From the NCBI GenBank assembly GCA_965652295.1, contig CBFGTS010000008.1, positions 1 to 64,000 on the forward strand: a stretch of 64,000 nucleotides of DNA, written 5' to 3'. This DNA is from an uncultured Haloferula sp. (GTDB taxonomy: Bacteria; Verrucomicrobiota; Verrucomicrobiia; Verrucomicrobiales; Akkermansiaceae). Each line of letters starts with the position of its first letter. Within the stretch, counting starts at the first letter, position 1. A program made the translations under genes and the position numbers. Of the stretch, positions 63,732 to 64,000 are shown one piece after another. The notes under the pieces were generated by a model. It saw only the letters and a program-made list of their open reading frames with translations. It did no database searches and was not told the DNA's origin.

Positions 63732-63744
63732 ATCATTCGCGCCG

Positions 63745-64000
63745 ATGAGTCTGTGGACCTTGATCCGGATCCTCGCGGGTCTGGCAGTGGCCGGCGTGGT
63801 GGTTTTCACCCTGCTGACCGTCCGCCATGTGAGGGAGGAACCGGTGGGTGGCGTCTTTTCGGAATGGATTCCGGTGGCGACCCACACGGCACCGCTCATC
63901 GCCCTGCCCAAGCCATCCGCTGATTCGCCGGAGATCGATCCGGGGGCGAAGCTCTTTGAAAAAGCCCGGCAATCGCTGGCCATCGGGGACCTGACCTTGG
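63745..64000 (+). CDS. N-terminal part of a membrane-anchored protein (runs off the window)
   Basis: MSLWTLIRILAGLAVAGVVVFTLL..., open to the window end. Confidence 0.65.
   Translation, partial: MSLWTLIRILAGLAVAGVVVFTLLTVRHVREEPVGGVFSEWIPVATHTAPLIALPKPSADSPEIDPGAKLFEKARQSLAIGDLTL

Overview
This is a GC-rich chromosomal window with no rRNA, CRISPR array, integrase or intact transposase. The gene content (PEP-CTERM proteins, Sig-70_X6-type ECF sigma/Ser-Thr kinase pairs, A/C-rich leaders instead of Shine-Dalgarno sites) suggests Verrucomicrobiota, probably Haloferula/Luteolibacter-like; this is inference. Housekeeping genes (pgi, apt, cysE, msrA, pyc, tyrA-aroA-cmk-plsC, xth, rplM-rpsI, birA-like, parB, thiH-thiS, acpP, tRNA-Phe) flank a roughly 24-kb block of ten same-strand genes (28590-52531). 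That block holds two ECF sigma/Ser-Thr kinase/PEP-CTERM modules, large modular surface proteins and carbohydrate enzymes (GH31, DUF1080), and ends in gene debris at the tRNA-Phe 3' end. The left edge has decayed restriction-modification fragments, heptamer repeats and REP-like hairpins. The most notable unexplained signals are: (1) a promoter-driven candidate sRNA (about 18130-18214) and related intergenic hairpins sharing a U-GGG-U loop complementary to the local A/C-rich translation leaders; (2) an unassigned ~240-aa domain present four times, once inserted inside a cadherin-like domain; (3) a shared C-terminal putative sorting domain on four secreted proteins; (4) a CymR-like regulator carrying the CysK-binding C-terminal Ile that the neighbouring CysE lacks. 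All family assignments come from motif recognition by eye; no database searches were run.
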